A stretch of 64,000 nt of DNA from the human T2T-CHM13v2.0 reference genome, Homo sapiens (GCF_009914755.1 NC_060939.1); one strand, 5' to 3'. Positions 1-15,124 are shown, counted from the first letter of the stretch. Made by a program: numbers and translations. The notes: a model not told the origin generated them from the letters alone.

Positions 1-479
1 AAATAAGAAGTTGAAGTCCAGGTTCAAAGACTTCCTCTTATTTTCTTCAGGGGTACAAGTCATAGTTAACCTTCCACTGTGTCTCACTTTATATTCCATC
101 TCCAGTCATATCAACTTCTCATTAACCTCCTACTTCTTCCCCATCTTCATATTCTGGGCTTTTGGACCTGCTGTTCCTTATGGCAAAATCTTATTCATCC
201 ATCAAGATTTAGTCCTAATATGACTTCCTGCATACCACAGACAGGGTTAGCCTCACCATCTAAAGCGGTTCCTCCCACTGGCACTTTGGGATATAGGTCA
301 ACTAGAGCACATATGTCACACCATGGTTTTTGCCAACTTGATGTTAAAACAAACAACAAAACAAAACAAAACAAACACCAGCTAACAATTTCTTTCTCTT
401 GCTTCAACTAAGCAATGGACTCCTCTTCCAGACACACTCTCTCCTCTAATTCAGTTTTTTTTTTTTTTTTTTTTTTTTT

Positions 480-1068
480 TACATAGCAAACAAAACGACC
501 TTTTCAAAACATAAATCAAATCATGTTACTCCTTTTGAGTAAAATCGTGAAAAGACTCCCTTTAATACTTGGAAGTCAAGCTTCTTACTTTGGATTATTA
601 CACCCAACATATTCTGTCCGTCCCTCACTTTTCAATATTGACTCTTAATGCTCCCTCCCCCATACTCCTCTTGAGTCACACTGGACTTTTTGACTTCATT
701 GTCTACATCAACCTCATTCCTACTTTAGGCCTTCTGTTGTAGCTGTTTGCTTTCCTTAGAATATTCTCCCCTCTGAAAGGCGGGAGAATCTCTGGTTCTT
801 TCTTGCAATTCAAACAGTATAAATCCTACCTCCTTCTCTGATGTTCTCTGACCACCCAGGCTATCGTAAACCCCTAAGACTGTCTATCAAACTGCCCAAC
901 ATTAATTCCCTGCAGAGCCTTTATCATTATCTGACAGTCTTGTTTTGTTTTGTTTACGATGTATCCACTCTCACTAGAAATGTAAGTGCCATGGGCACCA
1001 TGATCTTGTATCAAGAAGAGTGCCTGGTACATAGTAGATGTTCAATGAATACTTGCTGAATGAATAAA
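480..1068 (+). mobile_element. Ancient L2 3' end fragment
   Basis: Ends in the typical L2 terminus tgcctggtacatagtagatgttcaatgaatacttgctgaatgaat. Confidence 0.7.
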
Positions 1069-1193
1069 GTATTCTGTTTTGCATTCCATGCTACAAAACT
1101 TACATAACATGCAGACACAGTAATTCTTTGTTTTCAAGGAGCTTTAGGCCTAACTGAGAAAATAAGACAAATAAATAGTGGTAAAATAATTAG

Positions 1194-1516
<323 letters not shown>

Positions 1517-1540
1517 CATAGTTAATTTATAAATTGTTTA

Positions 1541-1600
1541 ATCACTTCTCGGCCTTCTGGCTAAGATCAAATGTAGCATCTGTTTTTATCAGTTTAATAT
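1541..1600 (+). pseudogene. U2 snRNA 5' fragment (nt ~1-60), tailless retropseudogene
   Basis: ATCACTTCTCGGCCTTCTGGCTAAGATCAAATGTAGCATCTGTTTTTATCAGTTTAATAT matches the U2 5' end with about 5 substitutions. Flanked by direct repeats aaattgttta (1531-1540, 1601-1610). Confidence 0.92.
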
Positions 1601-4505
1601 AAATTGTTTAACTAGCATGTTCATGGTAAATTGTACATGCACATACTGTAGTCTAGGTAGGATATGACTAGGTAAAGAGAACATCTCTGGTACATGAGAT
1701 TGGGCAGGAAGAAATGTGGAGAATAGAGTCACCAGAACCACCCATGTGGAAGAGCACTAGTGTACGAGAAATTATGGAAGAGCCTTGTCATGGGAATCTA
1801 AATGGGGTCTTCAGAGAAAAGGAAGAAGAACAAATCCTATGAAGCTCAGTTTCTCCTGGGGCTGCTAATCCAGTATGCCACCCTACCTTCCCACAATGAG
1901 CTACCTAAAAGCATTTAATGTCATACATGTTGAAACGTAATCAGCCCTCTCTTCTCCTCTGATGAGAGGGTGAGTTAAGCAATTTTCAAATGATGTACAA
2001 AAGCAGGAAGCAATGTTTGCTACTTGGGGGATACAGAATTGTACTAGTCTTTGCATCTGGGAAATGAAACATAAATCAGCCCTCTTCATATTTATTACAC
2101 TTAAATTTCTGAAAGTTATTACAAACCTGTTGATTAGATTGTTGCTGGCTTCAGGGGTTTTGTATTGAGGGGAGGGCTTAGTAAAGTAATTATTTCAGGG
2201 AAGTAGAGGCTCCTGATATACAACGCAATCCTCAGGCTATTTTTGAGTGCTTATTTTAGACAACTTTGTTATTAGAAAAAGAAGTCTAAGATTTAAGGGC
2301 AAGTAAATGGGGTAATAATATGCACTGTGTTGGTATAATAAGCCATTTTAACCACATTGCCTCTTAATCTTCCTTTCTGAGTCTTTATCAGCTCTGTTCT
2401 ATGCCCACCTTACCCAAAGTGAATCATTTCTCCCTAATATGCTGGGCATACTAAGTTTTATCACCACTATTTAATACACTTTTTCTTATAAACTTTTGTA
2501 ATTGAGACTGGTGTCTAAATATCAGTGGAGGCTGCTGCTGTGTTTCAACAGCCTCTTTGCTATTATTGACTATTTTTTGCTAGGTCACTATCCAACCAAG
2601 TCACATGTAAACCTGATTTGGACTTAAAGCAATTGGGTGGCGAAATAAATACACTTTTTTTTCTGTCAGTCATTTATATTTTTTTCTCTTACAATTCAAA
2701 AAAGGAAGCATTCTTTACTTTCTTACCATCTATTCTTCATGTTTTAGACTTCAGTAGTTTTCAGTTCATGAGTTTATTCCACAAATATTTCTGAATGCCT
2801 TCCACGTGCCAGATATGCCAGGTGATGAGAATTTCATGATAAAGTTATAAAATAGGTTTATCATAACTGTAACTGTCCCCTTTGAACTTACACTGGAGTA
2901 GAGGGTAGAGAAGATACAAAATGAAATAAAAAGGATGCTGAGAAAGAGAGTAACAGAAAGTGGGCTGCTACCTGCATAATGGTAAACTGACATCGAAGTT
3001 AGACTTGAAGGTATAGAATTGAGGTGAAAATATTCTGGCAAAAGACTAACATCAGTGGAAATATGAGTTTCTTTAATGAGGCCAAATAGTTGGGGATTAA
3101 ATATCTGGGTCATGGGACTGAACCTGTAGTTGACGTTTTTCATCTTTTTTAATGTATGATGTTTGATTTGGGTTTTTATCACAAGAATGAATGCAACTCA
3201 GATTAATAATAATGGAATGCTCATTCTTAGTTTCTTTTCTTTCTGTCATGCTTGTGGAAGCTGAAAATAATATTTCATAAACAGTTATGTGAGTTCAATA
3301 GACTGGAAATTATTATGGCTGAAGAATATGTGTAAACCTTACGGGACATCCCCTGCCCCACATGATAAGTGTCAAAATCAAATTTATAACTCCAAAGATA
3401 CTCTTGCTAAGAAAATAATAGAGTTCCTAGTTTAGGAGATATAATATATTTTAAAATAATAGTACTAAATAGAAATTTGAATTTTATGAACATTCTGAAA
3501 TATTAAAGAGGATATTTCCTAGGTTTTGATTATGCTTAAATATACCCAGTCTGGAAATCAACACAAAATTACCAGTGGATAGTAAAAATCAATTAGAGTT
3601 CTTTCCCAAGTATCACTCATAAACTACTGACAAAACCTGCTCTAATTCTCAAGTGAAGAAACTTTTAATTATAATATGATGTATGTGTTCATGCTGAATG
3701 AAATTCAGTATATCCTGAAAACAAGAATCAAAAGCAACCATACTAAATGATTTATCAAGAAGACATCAGGTAACCACAAGAGGGCTGCAAAAGATTTAAG
3801 AGATATGATGTATCATTCATACATAACGAGACTTTCGTAGATTATATTACTTAGTCCCATTATACTTCATGATTTGTCTGTGAATTAAATACCCATTTAT
3901 TATACCCTTTATACAGATAGAGAAGTAAGGGCCCATATCCTTAGATTTTATTAATTAGTGAAAGATAAACAGATTTTGATAATTATTTCCTGTTACAAAA
4001 CTGAAGTCTGATAAAATATAATAACTCAATGTTTTAAAATACAAGAACTTGGTCCTAGAATTAATGGACGTAGAACATTAGATGAAGGCAAAAAAACATC
4101 AAGTTGTGGCCCCATAGCTGGGCCTTTGCGGTAGGTGCACAAGAACAGTGAAGCAAACCATCATCTGAGGTACTGTGTGTTATATGGACACTTCCTCACC
4201 ATGCAGCTCATTGAATTTTCTGTAACTAATCTCAGTAGCTATCTTGATTAAGATAGAAGGTAGACCATTTAAATCAGATGTATATTGAGGGCATAATTTG
4301 TCATGATTAATTGGATTATCATAAAAAGTGAAAATTTTGACAAAACACACTCAGAACTGTTAGTTTTCTGCTTCTATCTTACTAATTCCATCCTTGTTAA
4401 CACCAGAAATTTAATTACTAAAAATATGCCTCAAGATATTTTAAGCTGATCGTTAGCATACATAAATGTTAAAGTCATAAAATAAAGATACGCTTAAGAG
4501 ATCTT

Positions 4506-4812
4506 GGCCAGGTGCAGTGGCTCACGCCTGTAATCCCAGCATTTTGGGAGGCCGAGGCAGGTGGATCACCTGAGGTCAGGAGTTCAAGACAAGCTTGGCC
4601 AAAATGGTGAAACCCCATCACTACTAAAAATACAAAAATTAGCTGAGCGTGGTGGTGCACACCTGTAATCCCAACTACCCAGGAGACTGAGGCAGGAGAA
4701 TCGCTGGAACCTGGGACGCAGAGGCTGCAATGAGCAAGGATCGCACCACTTCACCCCAGCCTGGGTGACAGAGCAAGATGCCATCTCAAAAAAAAAAAAA
4801 AAAAAAAAAAAA
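4506..4812 (+). mobile_element. AluS, full length
   Basis: Alu dimer with poly(A) and TSD aagagatctt (4496-4505, 4813-4822). Confidence 0.96.
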
Positions 4813-5261
4813 AAGAGATCTTAAAGACAATTTGTTACCATCTATCAACCTGACTTTATAATTGATCTGGTTTAATAAAAGATAGGTCCTTGGTAATTAA
4901 CAATTTTGGACTGACAATCATATAATAAAAACTTTGTGAAAGTTCAAGATTCAGGTATCCTCTTAGATTTGGGGAGATGTCAACTGTCAAATAATTTTCT
5001 CATTTGAGCCTCAAGATAATCACACATGAAGAGAAAGGACCCATACTATTCTTTCCATATTTTGCCATCTGATTACATGATGAATGTCATGCTATGGTTG
5101 TTGTAAAACAGAGATTGGCCTGAGAGACAAGAAAAAGGAAAACAAAACATCTGCTACCAGAGAATCAATGGAGAAGGCCACGTTTTATATAACGACAAGA
5201 GACCTCTAGTGGGAGCTCAGAAGAAAGTAATGAAGGTGAGCAGGACTTTGCATTTTGTAAG

Positions 5262-5543
5262 TTTTTTTTTTTGAGATGGAGTCTTGCTCTGTGGGCCAGG
5301 CTGTGGCACAAGCTTGGCTCACTGCAACTTCTGCCTCCCAGGTTCAAGCAATTCTCCTGCTTCAGCCTCCTGAGTAGCTGGGATTACAGGCATATGCCAC
5401 CACGCCTGACTAATTTTTGTATTTTTAGTAGAGACGGGGTTTCACCATGTTGGTCAGGCTGGTCTTGAACTCCTGACCTTGTGATCCACCCACCTCGGCC
5501 TCCCAAAGTGCTGGGATTACAGGCGTGAGCCATGGTGCCCAGC
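5262..5543 (-). mobile_element. AluS
   Basis: Reverse Alu with TSD tttgtaag. Confidence 0.95.
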
Positions 5544-6536
5544 TTTGTAAGCTTTCTTAATGGCTTTCTAAAAGTCATCAGGTTTTGGGCAATATGCGAA
5601 GACATAGAACAACTACAATTTTCAGTCCCATTTGATTGTGCATGGAGTTAAATATGTGCATAAGAAAGCCCCTGCTGCTCACAGCAGCTTGTTAGGATCA
5701 TTTTTATATCTGACAGGAATAATCACACTTGAACCAAAAGATTATGCAGGATATTTTAATTTAGGATTAAAGCTGTTTGCAGAATTATATAAGCTATATA
5801 GTATGAAAAAAATTACAAATAAATAAACGTCATTTGGAGATGCAGAGAACTGGTGGTGCCTTCAGGGCATCACTATTAAAACAGAATTCAGAAAAATGGG
5901 CAAGAACGTTAGCTGGATGTATTTTTTTAATAAGTTCATGCTCTTAGTTCCAATAAATAAAGATAAAGTCTTAATACATTTTGTTTTTAATAGTATGGGG
6001 AAATATTCCATGAAAATAAATGCTTTCTTTTTTGAGAATTGCTTCCTGTTAGTTTTTTGCATTTGCTACTCTCTTAGGGCCAGTTTCAACATAAGTCATT
6101 GGTACAGAAGTAGTGCTCCTGTTGGGATTGCTTTAAATGGGTCCACATGGTACTCTCAGTCAATAAGTGGTATTACCAGCTTTCAACAAGAAAGATTTTA
6201 TTCTCCTCCATTTCTTTCCAGTTATAAGCAACTAATAGTTTGAGTTAACATTTGAATTCTACAAACATCATTTTTTTCCAGAAAATACCATCCAGTGCAT
6301 TAGTCATTAAAAAAACAGAATAGAAACACATTTTAAAGAGGTAACATTTATAATCATTTTAATCAGAACCAACAAGTTTGCTCAATAACAGAGCATCCAA
6401 ATCCACTGGAGTGAATTTGGACCCCAATAAATAATAACCTCTTTAAGTAGGTGGAATAGGGTCATCTTTTGGGTACTACAAGAAGCAGGATCTTAACAAA
6501 TTGTGAGAGGCTACATGTTTTTAAAAAGGAAAAACA

Positions 6537-6921
<385 letters not shown>

Positions 6922-9900
6922 TTACAGAATTCATAGGTTCTAAAATATCTATAAAATTATTAATGTAAATGAAGGCAAATGTAAAGATGTGCTTTAATAA
7001 ATTATGCTAACACAGTCCCTAGATCAAGCTAAACACAAAATTAAAATGCCTAAAATGTTAAACTTTTCTCCACGTTCTATGTTAGAACTTCCCCCTTCAA
7101 ATTAACTGATAACTACAAATGGAGTATTTAATCCAAGAAGAAAGTTATAATCTTAGATTTCTATGTCTCTTATAGGGTTAATGAAATATTGTAGGGGGAG
7201 AGAAACTGAAATAAATCTAAAGCTAAGTTTAGTACTAAATAAATGATATAAATATTTATTCACTGAAAAATCTTACTTTAGAAATAATGGAAGAGAGAAC
7301 ATTTTTTGAAACCAGCTAAACCCAAAGCAGAACCAACCTTTTCTCTGGTAGAAATCACGGTTGCCTATCAGCAATTATAAAAACAATAACGCCGACCTTG
7401 AATGAGCCTTAAAGGTCTTCGCTCACAATTATATTATCAGCTTTATGAATTTTCAGTTGCTATCTCAGCCATAAATTCAATAAATGCAGAGTTGATTAGT
7501 AATAGGAAGATAGCTATTTTAACAGCTGACTTCATTGAAAAAGGCATTTGAGAAAGTACACATTATACTGGCATTTTCCATGTTAAAAAATGCAGCTTTT
7601 TCAAATCCTGCTCAGTACACTTTAGATGAGGACTTATGTCCTCTCAGGAACAGCAATAAAAACTAAAAATCAAACTCAGCCAAAACTAGAAATGATTTAA
7701 ATAAATTATATCTGTAGTCCTGGGAAAGCAATAGTCAGCTAAAAGGTTTTTATACCTGGAAATTTTTTTACATTTCAAGACTTTACCTTGGAGCATTTTT
7801 TTTCCTCATCTTAAATATATAACTTCACTTCCTCTCTGTATCTTGAACATAACAGCTCGCAATGGTAGAGAAACCCAATCAAAAAATAGCCCTGTGTGTA
7901 GTTATTGTAATTAACAGATTCAATATCTATTACAGCCAGTCAGGTATCATAGCAACCTTGTAGTGCTGAAAATTGCTTAGAAAATTCTTCAAAACCAGCA
8001 AGACTCTGCTTTAGGAAAACAACACTGGGGACATGACTGGCTGTCAACATCTGTGGGTGTTGCTATGGGCACAGCCACAAAGAACTCTGCCATCTATACA
8101 AAAAGGTATACACACAGAGAAGAGGGGAGGGACACGGAAGATAAACTGATAAGGAAAATCAAAAAGAAGAAATAATTGGGCTGGCAATATACAATAGGCA
8201 CACAATTTTGTGTCCATGTTTTACACAAATTCTTTTCTATTGAAGCTAGAGAATCCAAATTAAACTTAACTGTAATTGTGACTAAACATGAGCCAGGGTT
8301 TGGAAATAATATCTGAAAACTCTCCATTTGTACCCTTTATCACAAGTCTTAATTTGAAACTTAAAGTGAATTACAGTTAAAATAATATTTAAACTTCCAC
8401 TTATAAACCCTTAATAGTCGTTTATAAATCTACAGAAGAGAAAAGAACAGGTTACTATGAACAAGAACCCAATATTGATTTTTCAGCAGTGCAGTAAGGC
8501 ATCTCCATTCTATTTGGCTGCTGTCAAAGCCACTCTTTAACAGCTGGAGTCAAATTGCACTATTTACAGCAAGAGCCCTTGTCAAGTGGACCATAAGTAT
8601 CCTAACAATACACTATTCAAATGGCACTTTGCCACACAAATTGCTGACTTGATGAATAACCTATGTCAATGACTAAGGCCAATATAAAAGTTTCATTTTT
8701 ATGAGAGGTTTTACATTCACACATTAAGTAAGCTTTCTTTGAAGAACTATTAGGCTATATATTTCAGGCCTGTGGACGCTGAAAATAATTAAAATCTGTT
8801 TAAATACATCGAGGGAACTTGACAACATTAATATGGATCCGGTGTTAACTACATTTGTCACACGAGTCAGAACAGAGTCCTTCCGTTGCTGGCACTCCCC
8901 ACCGGCACGTGCTGCACAAAGCCAGACTTAAGCTAGCCTAGCACCATGAAATAGGAGCATTCTCCTTTTGTGCCTCTGATTTACATGGCCAACGAATGTT
9001 TAGATACAAGCCAGGCTTTGAAGTCCTGTGAGGAAATTCGGAGTTGCTTCTGGGTGCGAGGTGGACAGCTGGAGTCATTTAATGGTGCATTTTCTACTTT
9101 TCATAGTCACTCAGACCTTCTAAATTAGTTTTGAAACGAAGCTGTGACATGTTCCTCATAGTTTTCTTCATGATTGAGGTAATATTTTAAAAACAAAAAA
9201 AGTTTAAACTCATGCCACAAAATGAGAAAAGGGAAATTCTTCATAAGGCAGTTATAAAAAAAAAAAAGGATTAGATATTACAGAAATTTTTATTTAACTT
9301 ACATTACATAAAATTATCTATAAAACTCTTATGGTAAACAGTTATACACTGTCAAAAACTTGCATCACTTTATGTGTTCAAAAAGCAAATGACTTTGTAG
9401 ATTTCTCCCCTAACGTTTATTTCTTTATTCCATCTTCCTAGGCTGGGTATTATCATTTAGGTACTACAGTTTTAAGTTGAGATTCACCAAATCAAAATAC
9501 TTAAAACAGAAATCTTAATCCAATGTTTACAGAGGAAAATGACTGTTCATCAAGTGTTTGAAATGTAAAATAAAAATCTATTTATTTTCTTTTAAAATTA
9601 TAAAAAATTGATATAGAATATTTTCCACACTAGAAAAATAGTTCTATGCTGCTTATTTTATTAAAAAGAATAAATCAAAAATTTACTAATCAAAAAGGGA
9701 AAATTTTCATTCTATATGGATGATTTAGCCCTATATAATGCAATTTATTGTTTTAAAATAAATATTTGTTCTTTTTTTATAGTTATACAAGTTTAATATT
9801 AAAATAAAGATAGTTTAATAAAAACCATGGTAACATGTAGTATTGCCATGATGAATTATTATTTAATACTTTTACAAGTATATTTTCAGATGATATTTTC

Positions 9901-10569
9901 CAGTCTCACAATTTAGAAACTATACTAATTCTATTTTGGTTATTTTTTGTGTCATAAAATATAAAAGAACTAACTTTCATTCTCATAAGGTGATAGGTAG
10001 TAGTGGGATCAAATTTTCAATTGGTGGTCTACCAATACACCAGCTGTTTTTTACAAGAGGTATGAGAATAAAACTCTAATAAAAATTTTCAGCAAATGGT
10101 ACCAGAGACACATCACCATAAGGTCAGCTAAAGGTTAAAAATATATATAACCATATGTCTAGAAAGCTCAACTAAAATGTAAATAATGCAGTGCAGTCTT
10201 TATTTATAATCAATTTTATATGCTTAGATAAAGATGCACATATAAGTGCGTTATTTAAAGAAAATTCCATTAAAAAAAATTCCAACTAAGTTGGGAGCCA
10301 TTACTTACAAATTTGTTTCTCTACAAAGGGTGGTTTTCCAAACACATATGAGTTCCCGGTTTCTGTCACAGGTTAGACTTGATATAAGCTCTTTTGGATT
10401 ACATTCCACACAGTGCAGAGGTTGGGATAAGTTGTTTCATGTAAAATACAGATATGGAGGGAAAAGGGAGGTGTTGACTATTTTGCCAATTTCTCCTCAG
10501 ACCTCATGATCTCCAAGTCCAGTAGACTGTCTAGATCATAAATTGGGAAATGACAACCAGTGCATCACC

Positions 10570-11165
10570 TCTAGTCCACTGCCTGTTTTTGTAAATAATG
10601 TTTTTATTGGAATACAACCACCCTTGTTGAAGAATTGTCTATGGTCGCTTCTGTGCTCCTAAAGCAGAGTTGAGTACCCATAGCAGCAAAATTCTGGCCT
10701 GCAAAGCCAAAAATATGTACTATCTGGTCCTTTCTAAGCCTATTTTTTCTGTTGCTATAAAGGAATACCTGATGCTGAGTAATATATAAGGAAAAGAGTT
10801 TTATTTGGCTCCTGATTCTGCTGGCTGGAAGACAGGACATCTGGTGAAGGCCTCAGTCTTCTTCCACTCATGGCAGAAGGTGAACCAGAGCCATGTGTGC
10901 AGAGATCACATGGTGAAAAGGGAAACAAGAGAGACAGGAGAGGGAGGAGCTCTTATTAGCATCCAATGCTCCTGGAAACTGATAGAGCTCATGTACTCCC
11001 ATCCTTACATTAATCTATTCAGGAAGGATATGCCCCATGACCTAAAGACCTCTCCTTAGGTCCCTTCTTCAACACTGAGGAACAAATTTCAACGTAAGGT
11101 TGGAGAGGTTAAATATCCAAATCATAGCAGGTCCTTTACAAAAAAGAAAAATACTTATCCCTGGT
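10570..11165 (+). mobile_element. MER58A-like hAT-Charlie element split by an LTR
   Basis: ccactgcctgtttttgtaaataa...tactatctggtcc [LTR] ggtcctttacaaaaaa. Similar to the intact copy at 44379-44605. Confidence 0.75.
10731..11129 (-). mobile_element. MaLR solo LTR (MST/MLT1A-like)
   Basis: ~400 bp with typical MaLR LTR motifs and a 5-bp TSD GGTCC (10726-10730, 11130-11134). Confidence 0.85.
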
Positions 11166-11173
11166 CTAGTTCA

Positions 11174-11392
11174 TCATTGTCTAATACAAATAGAATGAAA
11201 ACCACATCTGTAATTTTAAATTGCCTAGTAGATACATTAAAAAAAGGAGAAAGAAATGGGTGAGATTAATTTTAATAATATATTTCATTTAATTCTACAT
11301 AACCAAAATAGAATTTAACATGTAGTACTAACCACATTTCAAATACTCAGTAGCTACAAATGTTTAATGGCTACCATTTTAGACAGTGAAGC
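11174..11392. mobile_element. MER33/MER3-like hAT element with an internal deletion
   Basis: ttgtctaatacaaatagaatgaaaaccacatctgtaattttaaatt...ggctaccattttagacagtg. Confidence 0.65.
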
Positions 11393-12336
11393 TCTAGAAA
11401 AGCAAATCACAAGGAGCTGCTGGGGGACCTATTCTACAGAAAATCAGTTTTAAAGAAAAGACATTTCCAGGATACTACAATGGGCCCCAAATAATAATCC
11501 ACTTTACCCTTTTATTCATTTTACAGACAAGAAATGCAGAAAAAGAATTTAAAAGCAACTAACCAACCAACAAACAAAATAGGTGTTTTTACCTTAAAAT
11601 ATCATGAAGCTACAAAGATTTCTGCAATATATAGATGATTTTAGGGTGGTTATTTATTCCCTACTTTGATGCTAAATTCCTTCCATTGCAATTTAAACAG
11701 GTTCTATCTTGTCTTATCCTTAGATAAATCTAAGAAAAGCAGTTCCCCATCATGAATATGATATTGTATTCCTTTAAATCCTTTATGACTCTGGCCTTCC
11801 TTTCCTATACCAGAGATATTGTTTGTCTAGCAGCACAAATTCAACTCCTCTAGCATTTCAAATTGGAATTATTTTCAAAATGTTTTGTTGTATTTGTTTT
11901 TCTCTTGCAAACTTTTCCCCAGATCTATATGCACTTGCTTCAAATACAACAATAAAAAAGAAATACAGCATTCTAATAAAGTCCTAATGTTGCCAAACAC
12001 AAAAAGCTCCGCTGCTAGTCTCCTGTTTAAACAGTTCATTCTATTGTTGGAGAATATTTCACCTGTGTCTTACTAAAATCCACACACAAAAAAATCCTGA
12101 AATACAAAGTAACCTTTAACAGTTTTAAATTTCACAGGCATACTGTCCCTCATTTTTTCCACACATAAAATGAGTATGATTCAAACTTGGTTTCTTAAAA
12201 TTAATTTTTTTCTTAAGAAAACTCATGAAGCATTTTACTGTATTAGTAACAAGGAGAATGGGAAACTTATAAGCACCCATAACATTTCACACTTATCAAA
12301 TTTGTAAATTAAAGAAGACTAAGATAAAGCAACCTT

Positions 12337-12671
12337 GGCAGGTACAGTGGTTCACACCTCTCACACCAGAGACTCAGGAGGCTGAGGCAGGAGGATCACC
12401 TAAGGCAAGGAGTTTGAGACCAGCCTGGGCAACAAAATGAGATCTTGCCTGTAATAGAAAAACTTTTTAAATTTAGCCAGGTATGGTGTTGTGCACCTGT
12501 AGTCCCAAATACTTGGAAGGCTGAGCTGAGAGAACTGCTTGGGCCCAGGAGTTCAAATCTGTAGTGGGCTATGATCGTGCCACTGCACTGTGATTGTGCT
12601 GGAGTGCAGTGGCACGATCTCTAAAAATAAGACCCTGCCTCTAAAAATAAATAAATAAATAAATAAATAAA
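12337..12671 (+). mobile_element. AluJ with a rearranged 3' end and (TAAA)n tail
   Basis: Diverged Alu dimer containing an internal inverted segment. Confidence 0.9.
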
Positions 12672-15124
12672 ACAATCTCAACAGCCTAACTCTATCAGGA
12701 TGAAATGCTAAGAGAAAAAGTGTATAATAGACATTGAAGATACCCAGAACATAAATTAAAAAGATATAACTTAGGAGAAGCACAAATAAATATTGTTCTA
12801 ATTAGCACTAAATTCAATAATAAGAGAAGTATAGTATGTAGGACAAAGAAGGTGATAGTCCTGTCCAATTCAGTTTATGTCCGAATGTAAAGAATGAAAG
12901 TTTGAAATTGTAGTCATCTAAGGCAAGGGGCAAAAGCAAGAAAATAAAGTTGAAATCAGCCTATAAGTAGGAAAACAAGACTCTGGCATTTCATTGCTTC
13001 TTGAAGTCAAGGAATAAACAAAATTATATAAAGAAAATGAAATCTATATATATTATTACCACTACCTAAAGAGTAGCTATGAAGCTCTTCAAGAGAGTGA
13101 AATAAATATCAGTCAGTTTACCTTCTGGGAGTTAAATTAGTAAAAATGACACTTGATGAATGAGATTTGCTCCTGCAGACCCTAGACATCTGAAACGCAT
13201 AGGTCAAGAGACATTCCCCCGGTTCTCAGCTAATACTCTGACATATAATTTCCACTATAAGATGCTAACTCTGTTATGAATAGTGAGCAACAAAGACACA
13301 TCAAGATGGGGATGCTTGGCAGCTGGCTCAGCTCACTCACTGGGCTTTATTCACTATAGCCTTATGATACCTAAGACTGTCAGTGTGGTTCAATTTCCCA
13401 CCTTATGTTCGGCTGTTAATGTTGAAGTTTCAATGCATCTCTATAACTGTCCTTAGAAAAATGACCTTTTCAAGTTAAGAATAGGAAAAATAGGTTTTAA
13501 AAACCTAAAGACAATGGATTAAATGAGAAAAGAAAAAAAGCTGTCACCTAATCACCGGTTTCAATATCTGAAGGAGGAAAGTACGAACAAAAGCAGGTGT
13601 TCTAAATGGAGTCTTAAGAAGAGAAATACAAAATTCAGAAATGTTTCCATGCATTATTAGCTTTGACCAAGGGAGATGGTACTCTGCTGGGCTGAAAGCA
13701 TTGGCTACATTCAACTCTCAGAGCTCAGTGAATGAATATCCTCTGGGCTCTGACTCCATTTCCATCAAGGCACCCTGTATTACAATTTCCCCTGGCCTCA
13801 GATTTGCTACAGTGAGAATGTACCAAGCAATAACCAGAATGCCAATTAAAGAATTGTCATTCTAGTTTATATACTCATTTTTTAGGTATTTAGTTAGTGT
13901 GACTCAGTTCTCACAAGGTTGACAAATCCTAGACTCACGTGTGAAATCTAAATCAGTCCTCTAAACCTAAAAAGCTAAAGATTACATGCTAGCACCCCTG
14001 CCCCAACTCTACTGCTTTGAGGCATGGCTTTAATGGCCCATTGGCCTTTCTTGATGATGACACATTATTTTGCCTAACTATATACATACACCTGAGATAA
14101 AATAAGGTCTTATTCTAAGTCCTTATTAATAGTATATTACTAGCCTTCAAAATACCATTAAAATAACAGAAAAGATGAACAATATGTAATTAAAAATCAG
14201 CAAAACCTTGATTTAGCAATCCCACTTCCAAAAATATATCCTTTAAATAATCTACATGAAAAAAGCTTTAGGTTCATAGATGTGTTATTTTTAAAAGTGA
14301 AACATAAAAACCAAGCCATATATCAAGACATAGAGAAACAATTTATACCAGCAATGATAGACACACCACATAGAGCATAATGCAGCCATTAATAATAAAA
14401 GTTACATATTAATACCATGAAAATATGTTTATATGAAAAAATACATTTGATATGTACATATAAACGGCATAGTTACAACAGTATGTTGAGGGGATAATTT
14501 GGAGGTGAAAATACAAAAAGATGGAAAATAATCCCTTTAAGAAATCAGATTAAATTAGTATATCATATTTAGAAGTAAAAAACAATAAAGCTAGTCCAAA
14601 TTTCTGCTAAGCTGGTTGACTTGGTTTATGAGAATAAATGCCAACTCCATCACTGTGTATTCACTGAGGCTTGGAATCCTAGAGAGTTAGTGATCCTACA
14701 GATATTGGTTATATCAAAAGAATTATCCATACTGTGATCTAGTTTTTCTGATTTTTTTTTTGTTTATTTTCAATCAGCATTTTTAAGAGGTCAGATACTC
14801 TCAAGTGAAAAATAAAAATATATCCAAACTACAGAATATAAATGTTTTCCCTTCCTTATGTTAAATCACCTAGGATTCAAGGGTTAATATAAAATTGACT
14901 CAATTTTGATAAGCCAGAACCTATTTTGTCAAAAATCATGCCATAGTAAGTATAATAGTCACTCAAAAAGTTATACTGATTCACCCAAGATTACTTGGTA
15001 GATGCAGCAGTCTCTTAGTTCTTGTTTTCATGCTGATACTTAAGTGCCATGTATTTATGAATGCATATAACTTCTTATTCGGTTGATAATGTTCTTTGTG
15101 AACAACAGCTTGATTTGAACTTAC

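Noticed and set aside
1541-1600. Functional U2 snRNA gene
   Set aside because: It covers only a third of U2, has no Sm site, no recognisable PSE or 3' box, a mutated branch-pairing sequence and flanking TSDs.
2766-3182. 138-aa ORF (also 17056-17472)
   Set aside because: AT-rich, low-information translations with no domain or splice signals, consistent with chance.
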